Source: Thermoprotei archaeon (GTDB taxonomy: Archaea > Thermoproteota > Thermoprotei > Thermoproteales > B15-G16). From it: a DNA stretch of 64,000 nt. Under the pieces are notes generated by a model. It saw nothing but the letters and a program-made list of their open reading frames with translations, had not been told where the DNA came from and made no database searches. The position numbers and the translations under genes are program-made. Positions 21,254 through 31,871 of the stretch are shown piece after piece. The stretch lies in NCBI GenBank assembly GCA_003649205.1, contig QMRC01000001.1, positions 32,001 through 96,000 of the forward strand, in the 5' to 3' direction. How positions within the stretch are numbered: position 1 is the first letter of the stretch; each line of letters opens with the position of its first letter.

Positions 21254-22482
21254 GTGAGTTAGAGTTTGCGGTAGTAGAGCTTGAGAAGCTTCTCGGTGTT
21301 AATTTAGTTAAGATCACTGAGGGGCTTGTTGAGTTGTTTATACCTGATCTCTCGAAGTTTAGTGATGGTAGGAGAATTGAGCCTTGTTGGGCCCCTGTCT
21401 TCTACAATCCTAGAATGGTGATGAATCGTGATATCTCAGTTCTAGCAATATCGTACTTCGCTAAGTTGAAGAAAAGGAACATAACCGTGTGTGAACCTCT
21501 ATCAGCTACTGGTGTTAGGGGTTTAAGGTATGCTAAGGAAGTACCTAGTGTTGAGAAGGTTGTTCTAAATGACATTGACTTTAGAGCGTACAAGCTGATT
21601 CTACTCAATACAAAGGTAAATAATCTAGAGGATAAAGTTGAGGTTCACAATGAGGATGCGAACATTCTACTACATACATACACTAAGCGTGGTGAGAGAT
21701 TTGATGTAGTTGACATTGACCCCTTTGGTAGCCCAGTACCGTTTACAGATGCCGCTATTAGAGCAGTGAGAGGTAGAGGATTACTGTGTTTAACAGCTAC
21801 AGACTTAGCGCCTCTCCTCGGTGTTTACCCAAAGGCGTGTTTGAGGAAGTATGGAGCAATTCCTCTTAGAACGGATTTTTCTCCGGAGATTGGTGTTAGG
21901 ATAATGTTGGGGTACTTGGCTAGAGAAGCAGCAAAGCATGAGCTAGGTATCAAACCTCTTCTAGCGTATATACGTCAGCACTATATGAGGGTCTTTGTCG
22001 AGATACTGACGGGAGCATCTAGTAGTAATAAAGCGCTTCAGGAACTTGGTTACTTACTCTTTTGTAGGAGTTGTCTGTGGAGAGCGCTCGAGAAAGGTCA
22101 CGTACCTAGAACTCTAGTATGTCCTAACTGCGGTAGTAAGTTGGAGGTAGCGGGGCCTCTCTGGTGTGGCCCCATATTTGATAGGGATTTCGTACGTGGT
22201 CTTCTTGCTGATTACGAGAGTAGAGCTTACATGCGGAAGAAGGAGTTAACGAAGTTTCTCTCTACAATAGTGAGTGAGGTAGAGGTTAATGAAGTATTTT
22301 ACACAACTAGTGAGCTAGCTAGTAGGTACAGAGTTCAGGAACCTAGCGTTAGCGATGTTGTTGAGAAACTTAGAGAACTAGGTTATAAAGCATGTAGAAC
22401 TCATTTCTCAAGTAAGGGATTTCGAACAGATGCTCCTCTTGATGTAGTTAGTAAGATTGTGAGAGAGCTATCTCCTAAATGA
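21250..22482 (+). CDS. trm1: tRNA (guanine-26 N2)-dimethyltransferase
   Basis: PVFYNPRM..NRD, SATGVRGLRY, DIDPFGSP, TATD, GPLW, zinc finger. Confidence 0.95.
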   Translation: MSELEFAVVELEKLLGVNLVKITEGLVELFIPDLSKFSDGRRIEPCWAPVFYNPRMVMNRDISVLAISYFAKLKKRNITVCEPLSATGVRGLRYAKEVPSVEKVVLNDIDFRAYKLILLNTKVNNLEDKVEVHNEDANILLHTYTKRGERFDVVDIDPFGSPVPFTDAAIRAVRGRGLLCLTATDLAPLLGVYPKACLRKYGAIPLRTDFSPEIGVRIMLGYLAREAAKHELGIKPLLAYIRQHYMRVFVEILTGASSSNKALQELGYLLFCRSCLWRALEKGHVPRTLVCPNCGSKLEVAGPLWCGPIFDRDFVRGLLADYESRAYMRKKELTKFLSTIVSEVEVNEVFYTTSELASRYRVQEPSVSDVVEKLRELGYKACRTHFSSKGFRTDAPLDVVSKIVRELSPK

Positions 22483-23524
22483 AATCTTCATTCCAAGGTA
22501 TCTCGACTCTCATACCTTTCTCAGCAGATTTCAGTGCATACACTATGCACTTAAGTGCTATGTAACCTACAACACCACTAGTTAGAGGCTCCTTACCGCT
22601 CTTCACGCACTCAATGAAGTGTTTGAGCTCGACTAGTAGAGGTTCATTGTGTGATCCAAGTAATAGTCGCTCCTCACTAATTTCCTTGCTCTGATACGTG
22701 AGCACTAGTGACGTGTAGTCACTATTTGATGTGTAGCTAGCTATACCCTTCTCCTTAACAACTCGTTGAAGCATGTAATCCACAGTGATAACGTAGTTCA
22801 TTGTCTGAATCTCCATTAATCTCCTCTTCATTGTCTGAGAACATAACCAACTAGCTCTCAACTGCGCAACAGTACCTGAAGGATATGTATAGTTAGCAAT
22901 AATATCTACCTCATAGGGGAAGTTACTGACGTACCTTGTCTTAGCTACCACCTCTCTCGGTAATTCATTCAGTACATAGTTACAGATATCAATGTCGTGT
23001 ACTAAGAGATCATGTGCGACACCTAGGTTTAGAGTATACACTGGATTGAAGGGGCCAGGACCGATTCTCACACTATATATGTTGACTACTTCTTCACCCT
23101 CACTTCTCAACCTGGATAGTATGTTAAGTAGGTGACTTACAACCGGCTCAAACCTAACGATATGTCCCACCATTAGTACCCTACCTAGTTTCTTAGCTTC
23201 GAGAACTAGCTCACGAGCTTCCTCGATCGTTGTTGCAATTGGCTTCTCAACAAAGACGTGAGAGTGAGGTAGGAGTTTCTTGACCACTACGTAGTGGTAC
23301 TTCGTGGGGACAGCTACTACGTATGCATCGTACTTGCTGTGTCTAATTTCATCAATACTACCATACACCTCATTAACTAGGTACCTCTTTGCTAATTCCT
23401 TAGCTCTTGAGATATCTATATCACAGATAGCTAGATCCTCGATATCTCCCTGATCCCTCAACCTAGCTAGAACACGAATGATGTTTCTACCCCACCTACC
23501 GACACCAATACAGCAGATTCTCAT
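22475..23524 (-). CDS. Gfo/Idh/MocA family oxidoreductase
   Basis: IGVGRWG Rossmann motif, HVFVEKP, VGHIVRF, DLLVHDID. Start reassigned to ATG 23524 to avoid overlap with the divergent gene. Confidence 0.88.
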   Translation of the reverse strand: MRICCIGVGRWGRNIIRVLARLRDQGDIEDLAICDIDISRAKELAKRYLVNEVYGSIDEIRHSKYDAYVVAVPTKYHYVVVKKLLPHSHVFVEKPIATTIEEARELVLEAKKLGRVLMVGHIVRFEPVVSHLLNILSRLRSEGEEVVNIYSVRIGPGPFNPVYTLNLGVAHDLLVHDIDICNYVLNELPREVVAKTRYVSNFPYEVDIIANYTYPSGTVAQLRASWLCSQTMKRRLMEIQTMNYVITVDYMLQRVVKEKGIASYTSNSDYTSLVLTYQSKEISEERLLLGSHNEPLLVELKHFIECVKSGKEPLTSGVVGYIALKCIVYALKSAEKGMRVEIPWNEDFI

Positions 23525-23591
23525 ACCTACCGTCCTCGAGTAAGTTTGGTAGCAGGTATATATCAGTGAGCACCCTCTACTATGCGAGACT

Positions 23592-24155
23592 ATGAAGTTA
23601 GTACTCTTAACTGGTTTACCAGGATCTGGTAAGAGCTTAGTTGCTAAGCTACTTAGTGAGTACCTGAGAGCACCTACCGTAAACATGGGTGATGTTGTTA
23701 GAGAGGAGGCTAGGAGACGCGGATTACCTGAATCCAGAGAGGTATTGTCAAATATAGCGATTGAGCTGAGGAAGAACTATGGTAGTGACGCTATTGCCAA
23801 GCTAACGTACGAGTACTGGCTGAGGAAGCTCGAAGGTAGAGCAGAGGTAGTTATTGTTGATGGTGTTAGGAGTTGGGATGAAGTCAACTACTTTAAGCAA
23901 CGTTTCGGTGACGTTCTCGTAGTTGCTGTTCACGCGTCTCCTAGAACAAGATTCAGAAGGCTCAGGGAACGTGGTAGAAGCGATGATCCTAGATCCTGGA
24001 TCGAGTTTGTTAAGCGAGACCTTGCTGAGCTGAGTATGGGTGTTGGTACCGTAATTGCTCTTGCTGACTACGTTATTACTAATGAGAAAAACTCTTTGAC
24101 TGAGCTTGAATCTAAGGTACGCGAATTAGCGGAGTTGATTAAGCATGAGAGTTGA
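23592..24155 (+). CDS. P-loop nucleotide kinase (archaeal dephospho-CoA kinase-like, UPF0200)
   Basis: TGLPGSGKS, MGDVVRE, DGVRS..E, RGRSDD, RD..EL..G. Confidence 0.85.
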   Translation: MKLVLLTGLPGSGKSLVAKLLSEYLRAPTVNMGDVVREEARRRGLPESREVLSNIAIELRKNYGSDAIAKLTYEYWLRKLEGRAEVVIVDGVRSWDEVNYFKQRFGDVLVVAVHASPRTRFRRLRERGRSDDPRSWIEFVKRDLAELSMGVGTVIALADYVITNEKNSLTELESKVRELAELIKHES

Positions 24156-24582
24156 GGTCTGGGTCGAGCTACGTGATACAGAGGATAGGGATAAGGTATT
24201 ACGTGCTCTAAATAATGTCTTCACGCCTAGAGAGGTTAGAGAAGAGGTTATTGAGGGTAGGAAGTATGTTGTAGCTAGAGGTGAAGGCTCGCACTGCTTA
24301 CTTAAGCTATATAAGTTAATTCGCGAAGAGGAGATACACGACGCAGCAAGAGAAAACATCAGGAGAGGTATACGTGGTAATACAATTATCTTCCACCTAA
24401 ATAAGCAAGCAGCATACAGTGGATTAGCTGTGTTCTGTACTGTACCTCATAAGGAAAGTCCTCTCGGGCCTATAACATTCATCGTTACCTGTAGTGATCC
24501 TAGGAGATTTCTCGACTGGATAGCACCGAAGACATTCCGAGGGCAAGTAGTGTACGAAGCTAAGCCACCTGATGATCCTTAA
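24145..24582 (+). CDS. UPF0201 family putative RNA-binding protein
   Basis: TED..KV..A..N, I.DAAR, LNKQAA, ESPLGPI. Confidence 0.85.
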   Translation: MRVEVWVELRDTEDRDKVLRALNNVFTPREVREEVIEGRKYVVARGEGSHCLLKLYKLIREEEIHDAARENIRRGIRGNTIIFHLNKQAAYSGLAVFCTVPHKESPLGPITFIVTCSDPRRFLDWIAPKTFRGQVVYEAKPPDDP

Positions 24583-24608
24583 CTACGATCGCGAATATCT
24601 ACTGAAAT

Positions 24609-25538
24609 TTACTCGTGATCGATCTTAATCCAATCCATGTCCTTTGGTAAGTACACATTACTGAATTCTTCTTCAGCTTCTTTGAGTAGGTGCCCTTCCT
24701 GCTCGGTATACCTAGGACTTATGTGGAAGAGTATCAGTGACCTAACTCCTGCTTCTTTTGCTACCCAAGCTGCCTCTCTAGCTGTTGAGTGCATGCTCTC
24801 AATAGCTTTATCTCTATCTCTATCCATGAAGGTTGCCTCATGGATTAGTATATCAGCTCCCTTAGCTAACTTAATGAGTTTCTCACATGGTCTAGTATCA
24901 CCACTATAGACAAGCTTCAGACCTCTCCTAGGCTCATCACATACATCGCGTGGATGGACAACTATACCATTAGGAAGTACAACACTCTGACCACTCTGAA
25001 GTAATTTCCAGTACCTAACCGGTACACCTAATGCTCTTGCTCTCTCAGGGTGGAAAGTACCCGGTAGCTCCTTTTCCTCAATAGCGAAGGCATAGGTTGT
25101 TATTGAGTGTTCAACTCTAACAGCCTTTACACAGTACCTACCGAAGTCTAGAACTTCAACCTCGTTCTTCAGTTCCTTAATTAGGAGCCTATACCCTCTC
25201 TCAGAGTGCGACTTTGAACTTGCTTGAGAGCGCTTCAAGATCGTATCCATAATCTCAGCAATACCTTCAGGGCCAATTACCAAGAGTTCTCTTGTTCTAC
25301 CTGAGAGTGCTAGTGTTTGAAGGAAACCAAAGAGGCCAAAGTAATGATCACCATGGAGGTGTGAGATCAAGATCTTCATTTCCTTATTGACACCGAACCC
25401 TATCCTAAGGTACCTGTACTGCATACCCTCTCCGCAATCGAGAATCAATACTTCACTTCCCCACCTAATAGCTATGGAGGGTAATGCTCTTGTAGATGTA
25501 GGCATACCTGATCCAGTACCTAGAAATACGAGATCCAC
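24609..25538 (-). CDS. rnz: Ribonuclease Z
   Basis: FLGTGSGMPT, DCGEG, SHLHGDH, YSGDTRP, HEATF, HST, HISPRY. Confidence 0.95.
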   Translation of the reverse strand: MDLVFLGTGSGMPTSTRALPSIAIRWGSEVLILDCGEGMQYRYLRIGFGVNKEMKILISHLHGDHYFGLFGFLQTLALSGRTRELLVIGPEGIAEIMDTILKRSQASSKSHSERGYRLLIKELKNEVEVLDFGRYCVKAVRVEHSITTYAFAIEEKELPGTFHPERARALGVPVRYWKLLQSGQSVVLPNGIVVHPRDVCDEPRRGLKLVYSGDTRPCEKLIKLAKGADILIHEATFMDRDRDKAIESMHSTAREAAWVAKEAGVRSLILFHISPRYTEQEGHLLKEAEEEFSNVYLPKDMDWIKIDHE

Positions 25539-25539
25539 A

Positions 25540-26592
25540 CTACTTCACCTTCCTCACAACCTCAACAATCCTAGTCAGTGAACTATGTACACGCATACTA
25601 TGTTTCTCAACTACTGCAAATCCGTGATCTCTCAAGTAATCACTAACATCAATCCACGAGGGGTGGGCAAAGCACATGTACTTCCCCCTCTTCAACACCA
25701 TAGAAGAGCACTCAATGAACTTCCTAAGAAGCTCCTCAAGAGGAGTTTTCTTAGTGCTAGCTGCCCTACCGTAAGGAGGATCAGTTGCTATAGCATCGAC
25801 ACACTCATGTCTAAAACCTAGCCTCCTTGCGTCACCAAGTACAACACCAATAGACTTAACCGAGTAGTACTCAGTATTCACAGCAGACCCCCTAACCATG
25901 AACTCATCAATATCAACACCAACACACTCGCAACCAATTAAACCAGCCTCGACAAGTATACCTCCAACACCACAGAAAGGATCGAGAACTACACCACCTC
26001 TAGGTGCTCTCGCTAAATTAACGAAAAGTCTTGATGTGTACGCATCTAAGCTACTTGGGTGAAATACAGGTCTTCTTCTTGGTCTTCTCTCCTGAAAAGA
26101 ACCTCTATTAACTTCGCGTAGAACCCTACCTATGATAGCTCTATTACCTGTAACAATACAGACAATAACTTCATCGGGGTTACGTACATCAACCTTAGCA
26201 CATCCACATACCCTCTTCAGGATGGTAGCACCCATACTCTTCTCAACCTGGTACTTACTCAATCCTGCACCATAGGTCTTTACTCTAATCAACCTACACA
26301 CAAAGGACTTGCCTTTAAGGAAGGACCAATCAACGCTATCTACCGCTGCAACGATATCACTGAGAGCAACTCCCTCAACAGCAGCAAGTTCCTCACAGAT
26401 AAGCTTTGTCATCGACAATCGTGTAGCAATTACATCAACATCTAGATTCCTGACCTCAAGTCTAAGTACTTGATCAAGTACATCAACAACTTTATACTCA
26501 ATACCTTCAGTCTCTAAAGTAGCTACAAATTCAGCTCTGGGTAGAGACTCATGCTCACCAGAGAGCAATGCAAATAATCTCTTCCAAATCAT
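25540..26592 (-). CDS. trm11: tRNA (guanine-10 N2)-methyltransferase, THUMP plus methyltransferase domains
   Basis: LSGEH..LP..E, RRPVFHP, LDPFCGVGG, ATDPPYG, RVHSSLTR. Confidence 0.88.
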   Translation of the reverse strand: MIWKRLFALLSGEHESLPRAEFVATLETEGIEYKVVDVLDQVLRLEVRNLDVDVIATRLSMTKLICEELAAVEGVALSDIVAAVDSVDWSFLKGKSFVCRLIRVKTYGAGLSKYQVEKSMGATILKRVCGCAKVDVRNPDEVIVCIVTGNRAIIGRVLREVNRGSFQERRPRRRPVFHPSSLDAYTSRLFVNLARAPRGGVVLDPFCGVGGILVEAGLIGCECVGVDIDEFMVRGSAVNTEYYSVKSIGVVLGDARRLGFRHECVDAIATDPPYGRAASTKKTPLEELLRKFIECSSMVLKRGKYMCFAHPSWIDVSDYLRDHGFAVVEKHSMRVHSSLTRIVEVVRKVK

Positions 26593-26641
26593 ACCCACAT
26601 CGACATAGGAGAAGAAACTTATCAACCGTACTCACGAGGGA

Positions 26642-27739
26642 TTAGCTTGTCCTCAGTATCTGTTGAATTCTCTTCATGCTCCATGAAGATAAGAGAACTG
26701 TGTACAGCGAGAGGAGTATGTAGGCAATAGCTAGTATAGGTGAACCAGTACCTAATACAATCCTCGATATTTCTGTCAGTACCCACCTAAGTGGTACAAA
26801 TGCAGGAACCATCATGAGCAGTCTACGGTATAGCACACCTCTTGCCTCAAAGTGCTCAAGTATGAAGACTACCATAACTATTATCACAAGCACTATAATC
26901 ACATCGACAACATATGCGAATCCAACCGTAGCAACGAGTACAGTAATTGGTGTTGAAGGATTGGGAGCTTTTGCAGCGCTAAGCGTTGATGATAGGATCA
27001 ATAGAGCGAACAGCGAAACCGTCGTAGTTAGAGGATACTTACCGAAAGTATTTCGAAGTACTTTCCTCAGTACTTCACCTAAGTTAAAGGCTACCCACAA
27101 CATAGCTAAACCTATCAAAGCAACTATCGCAGTACCTACAATCCTGAGCACTATCATAGGTATCCACTGTGCAACGGCATAAAGTAGTAGCAAGACCCCA
27201 GGAATACCGAGAGCATACCTTCTATACGCAGGCTCTTCTATCAGTTTCTTGAGATAGTACTTCAGCAAAACAACACTCTCCTCAACACCTCTAGATTGCT
27301 TAACTATTATCCTCCTAACAACTACATAGCGAACTCTAGATTGTAGCAGTGGTAACACCTTCTCATCCGTAGGACTATCACAGACCAGTACGATGGTATC
27401 AGCACCTACCCTACTAAGTACGTGATCTACCTCTGCCTCTAGCTTGAGATCAGATGCTACACTTTCTTCCGGTAGTCCAGTTACGAGAGCGATCTCCACT
27501 CTATCTCTTCCTATGGATGCAGCTAGTGAGTCGTAGATCTGAATAGCGGCGAATAGTGCATTAACATCAGCATCATCCGGAGCACGTAGTGCATACTCAG
27601 TAGCAACCTTAACTAACTGATCTCTTCCAGTAAGTGGTGTACGGACACCCAGCTTCGAACCTACATCATTGTCCCTATCCACACAGAGAACCAATACCTT
27701 ACTTGAGTGCCTTAGCGCTTCGTACACAGTAAACCCCAA
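26642..27739 (-). CDS. DUF373 family membrane protein
   Basis: LVLCVDRDND.G.K, D.D.N, VKQSRGVE, followed by C-terminal TM helices. Confidence 0.8.
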   Translation of the reverse strand: MGFTVYEALRHSSKVLVLCVDRDNDVGSKLGVRTPLTGRDQLVKVATEYALRAPDDADVNALFAAIQIYDSLAASIGRDRVEIALVTGLPEESVASDLKLEAEVDHVLSRVGADTIVLVCDSPTDEKVLPLLQSRVRYVVVRRIIVKQSRGVEESVVLLKYYLKKLIEEPAYRRYALGIPGVLLLLYAVAQWIPMIVLRIVGTAIVALIGLAMLWVAFNLGEVLRKVLRNTFGKYPLTTTVSLFALLILSSTLSAAKAPNPSTPITVLVATVGFAYVVDVIIVLVIIVMVVFILEHFEARGVLYRRLLMMVPAFVPLRWVLTEISRIVLGTGSPILAIAYILLSLYTVLLSSWSMKRIQQILRTS

Positions 27740-27775
27740 TTAGAGACCGAAGTTCTGCATATTAACGCTATCGAA

Positions 27776-28720
27776 CTACTTCGGGTATTCCAGTAGACCA
27801 GCTTCGTACAGTATCTTAAGCTCCTCAAGAGATACTCTCTCACCACGCTTATACTTCTCATAGATCTTGAGGGCTCTCTCCATGAGGGCACCTCTCCTCT
27901 CTGAAAGCTTCTTAGCTATAATCTCAGCTTTCTTCATCAGCTTCAGTCTTCTCAATTCTTCCTCAAGCTCCTGAATTCTAGCTCTAATACTCCTCGATTG
28001 CTCAGCTAGCTCACTCAATCTCTTCTTAAGATTATCTCTCCTGCTCTTTAACCGCTCTAGCTCAGTTACGAGAGAAGAGATTTCCTCCTTCAACTGCTTA
28101 ATCCTCTCCTTACAGGGGAGTATCTTCATCTCGTACGTATCCTGCATCTTAGCTCTAAGCTCATCGAATTCCCTAGCCAGCTCATTGTACTTCCTCCTTA
28201 GTTCATCAATTGTCTTCTGTAAGTTCTTCGTCTTAGTAATCACCTTGAACTGAAATTCAAGCTCAGCAATCTTCTTCAATATCTCCTTTTCCCACTCAAG
28301 ATTTGTGGGGGCAGTTTCGTAAGCCCACTCAAGTTTCTCGAGCAGTTCAAGGACTTTGCTCTCGTCTTGTTCACGACCTCTAATATGGGGTAAGAGCGCT
28401 CTTAAGTGATCTTTGAGTACACGAATGTACTCCCTACATCTAGCTAGTTCCTGCCTAATTTCGTTCCTTTTACCTCTTAAAGACCTAAGTTCCTGAATAG
28501 CTAGATCTCTCTCATTTCTCAAACTTTGAAGAACTTGTTTCTTCTCACGAATCCTTACACGAATAGAATTCAGCTCCTCAACAACTCTAGCTAATTCAGC
28601 TCTAACCTCGTTACGTTCAATCTGGCATCTCTCAAGCTCTTCACGAAGCTTCTTCAATTGCTCCATCACTTCACTGATCTTCTTATCGATGTCACTTGTA
28701 CCTACTGACATCAAAGTCAC
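27776..28720 (-). CDS. Archaeal long coiled-coil protein
   Basis: Heptad-rich throughout, with LEW..ET..L..EKE and a C-terminal IYEKYKRGE..SLEEL. Confidence 0.75.
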   Translation of the reverse strand: MTLMSVGTSDIDKKISEVMEQLKKLREELERCQIERNEVRAELARVVEELNSIRVRIREKKQVLQSLRNERDLAIQELRSLRGKRNEIRQELARCREYIRVLKDHLRALLPHIRGREQDESKVLELLEKLEWAYETAPTNLEWEKEILKKIAELEFQFKVITKTKNLQKTIDELRRKYNELAREFDELRAKMQDTYEMKILPCKERIKQLKEEISSLVTELERLKSRRDNLKKRLSELAEQSRSIRARIQELEEELRRLKLMKKAEIIAKKLSERRGALMERALKIYEKYKRGERVSLEELKILYEAGLLEYPK

Positions 28721-28775
28721 ACTCTCCCTACCATAGGGCTTTAGTGCTCTTTTAATGTTACGTCATGTCACTACA

Positions 28776-29543
28776 CTAGGGTAGAGTTACGTAATCTTCA
28801 CCACCAACATAGATCTGCTGCAGAACAGCATAGAGGGAGTCAATACCTTCACCGGTCTTCGCAGATACAGGCAATACTCTAGTCATACTCCAGACCTTAC
28901 TCAGTAAGGAGCAGACGTCTCTAGAGATCTCACGCTCAAATCCGCTATGTTCAAGTTCAATCCTGCTATAGAGCTCATCTACGTTCTCAGCCCATTCACA
29001 AATCTCATCAACTACCTTCCTCTCCACCAAGTCTATCTTTGTCAATACATTTAGCTGAGGTCTCTGCAGTCTATAGTAGCAGGATAGGGACAACAACATA
29101 GCCGATACGAAGGATGCTGGTCTTGAGGCAAAAACTACATCAAAGAGAAATAGTACAGCAGCTCTCTCAGCACTTAAGGTATTGACTATGTGTGGTCCAA
29201 CAGCTCTAAACACAAATAACTCGATTTGACCTGGAGTATCAACAAGCACGTACCCCGGTCTCAAATCATTTATCTCACGCTGTATTTCCTCTGCATTCAA
29301 AGCGATGTAGTCTGCAGCAGCTATGATAGCTGCATTAGGACCTAGGTTGTACTCCTCCATTAACTTCCTAGCTGTTACGTACTCCCTAACATCAACATCA
29401 GGAGTATAGGGTAGCCACTCAGCAGCAGGATCGAGATTCACGATTATAGTATCCATATCGTGCTCTATTAACCAATTGTAGAGTGCGGCAACTAAGGTCG
29501 ATTTCCCAGAACCTGCTGGTCCAACAACAAATACAGTGAACAT
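28776..29543 (-). CDS. GPN-loop GTPase
   Basis: GPAGSGKS, VNLDP, LGPN, DTPGQIE, TKID, VSA. Confidence 0.92.
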   Translation of the reverse strand: MFTVFVVGPAGSGKSTLVAALYNWLIEHDMDTIIVNLDPAAEWLPYTPDVDVREYVTARKLMEEYNLGPNAAIIAAADYIALNAEEIQREINDLRPGYVLVDTPGQIELFVFRAVGPHIVNTLSAERAAVLFLFDVVFASRPASFVSAMLLSLSCYYRLQRPQLNVLTKIDLVERKVVDEICEWAENVDELYSRIELEHSGFEREISRDVCSLLSKVWSMTRVLPVSAKTGEGIDSLYAVLQQIYVGGEDYVTLP

Positions 29544-29814
29544 TTACTCACCATTAACCACTGGCACAGTGAGTTAATAGACTTTATCACTAGAGCTGTA
29601 ACTGAGACACCTCCTCGAGCATCTCAAGGTATATCGACTCCGCAATAACATCACTCACGAACTTCATTACAAGTACCTGTCTTTGATTTGAACCCTTACT
29701 CATCATCGAGCTAAGAACCCTGTATCACACTATTATAGGTGGTGGGACTAGTCTGGACACTTCAAGTGCATATAGCGTAGGGGTGAGAGAGTTAAGCAAA
29801 TGTTTATTGTCGAA

Positions 29815-30120
29815 CTATTCTCTTGATCTCCTACGTTTCTCAACTAATTTTTCAGCAATAAGCTTAAGTAGTTGATACTTTCCAGCAACTTTCTTAACGA
29901 GAACATACCCTCCATACTCCTCCCACCACACAGAGGGATAGTGCTTACCTCGTACAATCTCTGGCTCAAGACCTAGCTCACGAGCTACCTCAGCAATCTC
30001 ATCAGCTCTAGGATTCTCAACAGCTAGTGACTTAGGTACCTTCCTACCTAGGCTTCTAGGTAGTCTTGAGTCGAAGTAAACGGGCCACACTACTACCTTA
30101 CCTTCACTCTTCGGTATCAT
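29815..30120 (-). CDS. srp19: Signal recognition particle 19 kDa protein
   Basis: VWPVYFDS...SLGRKVPK.LAV.NP, K.YP..W. Confidence 0.92.
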   Translation of the reverse strand: MIPKSEGKVVVWPVYFDSRLPRSLGRKVPKSLAVENPRADEIAEVARELGLEPEIVRGKHYPSVWWEEYGGYVLVKKVAGKYQLLKLIAEKLVEKRRRSRE

Positions 30121-30215
30121 CGGTATTACCTCGCGATAATATCACAATTTTGTGAGGTTAAAGTTCTTTAGTCGTGACTAAATTAATATCTTGATTGAAA
30201 TCATAGTACTAAAGC

Positions 30216-30518
30216 TTGGAGGGTCTTTTCTTGTCACTTAGGAAGATTGGTCATATAATCCACTACTCTAGGAGTAAGAAGCTAATAGCTAGGCTCACTA
30301 TGTTCGTACCTCCACCAATCACGGTTTTCGACTTCAAGATGAAGAGGATAGGTACGTTAGTTGATGTTTTTGGTCCTGTTGATAGACCTTATGGATCCAT
30401 AAAGCCTGAACCTTCGTTAAGTAATCCAGATCAGTACGTTGATGTAGACATCTATGTTAGGGTCTATGATCTAGAGAGGAGAAGGGGGCGAGGTGTAGGT
30501 GAGAAAAGAGGTAAGTAA
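30216..30518 (+). CDS. gar1: H/ACA RNP protein Gar1
   Basis: IG.LVDVFGPVDRPY, directly upstream of tfb. Confidence 0.85.
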   Translation: MEGLFLSLRKIGHIIHYSRSKKLIARLTMFVPPPITVFDFKMKRIGTLVDVFGPVDRPYGSIKPEPSLSNPDQYVDVDIYVRVYDLERRRGRGVGEKRGK

Positions 30519-31440
30519 GGGCGGTACAGAGCTACTATCCAACGGTATTATCTGTCCGTACTGTGGTAAACCAACTGTTGTTAGGGACTATACGAGAGCA
30601 TGTTTAGTCTGTCGAAATTGTGGTGCTGTTGTTGATGAGAATCTACCTGATCTAGGTCCTGAATGGAGAGCATACACACCTCAGCAGTTTATGGAGAGAG
30701 CTAGAACAGGAGCACCTGAAACACCACTCCTACCTGATAAAGGTCTTCCAACGATAATACCCACTGTTCGTAAGGATGCACAGGGTAGAGAGCTAAGTCC
30801 AGAGAAGTATAGGCTCGTTAGGAAGTTAATCAAGATACAGAAGCGATTGAAGACTAGTTCTGAGCGAAATCTAACGATTGCCCTAGCTGAGATAACGAGA
30901 ATGGGTACAGTACTTGGACTACCACGTGTTGTTGTCCTTGAAGCTTCTGTCATGTATAGAGAAGCCATTAAGAGGGGTTTAGCTAAGGGAAGGTCTATTG
31001 AGGCGCTTGCAGCAGCATGTGTATACGCTGCCTGTAGGAGGTACAAGGTACCTAGATCACTTGAGGAGATAGCAGTACATGCCAAGATAGATCGAAAGAT
31101 CATAGCTAAGTGCTATAGACTGATCATCAAGGAGGTACTGGGTAAGGTACCATCTACCTCCGCTAGAGAGTACATACCTAGACTAGCTAAGACACTTAAG
31201 TTACCACCAGAGGTCCAGAGAGAGGCCATATCCATAATAGAGAAGGCATATGAGGTGGGTATAACAGCAGGTAAAACACCTATCGGATTGGCAGCTGCTG
31301 CACTCTACATAGCTTCTGTTCTCCTGAATTCAAAGAGGACTCAAAAGGAGATTGCTGTTGCTGCTGGCGTAACTGAGGTAACTATTAGGAATAGGTATAA
31401 AGAACTCCTGAATAAACTCGACATAGTTGTGTACGTCTAG
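30499..31440 (+). CDS. tfb: Transcription initiation factor IIB (TFB)
   Basis: Zinc ribbon CPYC...CRNCG, GPEWRAY, ERNL, GRSIE, TQKEIA..AGVTEVTIRNRYKEL. Confidence 0.96.
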   Translation: MRKEVSKGGTELLSNGIICPYCGKPTVVRDYTRACLVCRNCGAVVDENLPDLGPEWRAYTPQQFMERARTGAPETPLLPDKGLPTIIPTVRKDAQGRELSPEKYRLVRKLIKIQKRLKTSSERNLTIALAEITRMGTVLGLPRVVVLEASVMYREAIKRGLAKGRSIEALAAACVYAACRRYKVPRSLEEIAVHAKIDRKIIAKCYRLIIKEVLGKVPSTSAREYIPRLAKTLKLPPEVQREAISIIEKAYEVGITAGKTPIGLAAAALYIASVLLNSKRTQKEIAVAAGVTEVTIRNRYKELLNKLDIVVYV

Positions 31441-31460
31441 CTACCTACCGGTGACAGAAG

Positions 31461-31871
31461 ATGGACACTCTAACACCAATTGAGGAGCGATTACTCAGAG
31501 AGATCGCCAAAGCTGGAAAGGAAGGAGTTATCCAGATGGAGTTATGGAGGAAGCTAGGTATTGATAGTAGAGAGGGTTCGAAAATCCTTGCTAGACTTGA
31601 GAAGAAAGGCTTCATTAAGCGTGAACCGATTAAGGTGAATGGTAGGAGAACATACAGAGTCTACGTTGTGAAAGGTCTTGAGTTAGTTACCGAGAAAGCA
31701 CCAACAATTGAAGTAGTACAACTCCCCACCGAGCTAGAATTCCTGCTTGAGGTACCTTGTTTTACTTGTCCTCAACTCCATGTGTGCGGCAGCTTGAGAG
31801 GTGTTAATCCTGAAAATTGTCCTAAGTTAACTGCTTGGCTTCTCTCTAAGGTGCGTGAGGGATATGAGTAG
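31461..31871 (+). CDS. Rpc34-like winged-helix plus FeS protein (TFE beta-like)
   Basis: G..Q.ELW..LG...REGS...RLEKKG wHTH and C-terminal PCFTC....C......P..C cluster. Confidence 0.75.
   Translation: MDTLTPIEERLLREIAKAGKEGVIQMELWRKLGIDSREGSKILARLEKKGFIKREPIKVNGRRTYRVYVVKGLELVTEKAPTIEVVQLPTELEFLLEVPCFTCPQLHVCGSLRGVNPENCPKLTAWLLSKVREGYE

Noticed and set aside
23525-23686. N-terminal extension of the Gfo/Idh/MocA ORF
   Set aside because: It overlaps the divergent kinase gene, and the Rossmann motif begins at ATG 23524.
24570-24605. TGATGA...CTGA resembling a box C/D RNA
   Set aside because: Too short, lacks internal D'/C' boxes and overlaps a coding end.
29685-29698. GGGTTCAAATC on the minus strand resembling a tRNA T-arm
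   Set aside because: No acceptor, D or anticodon arms around it.
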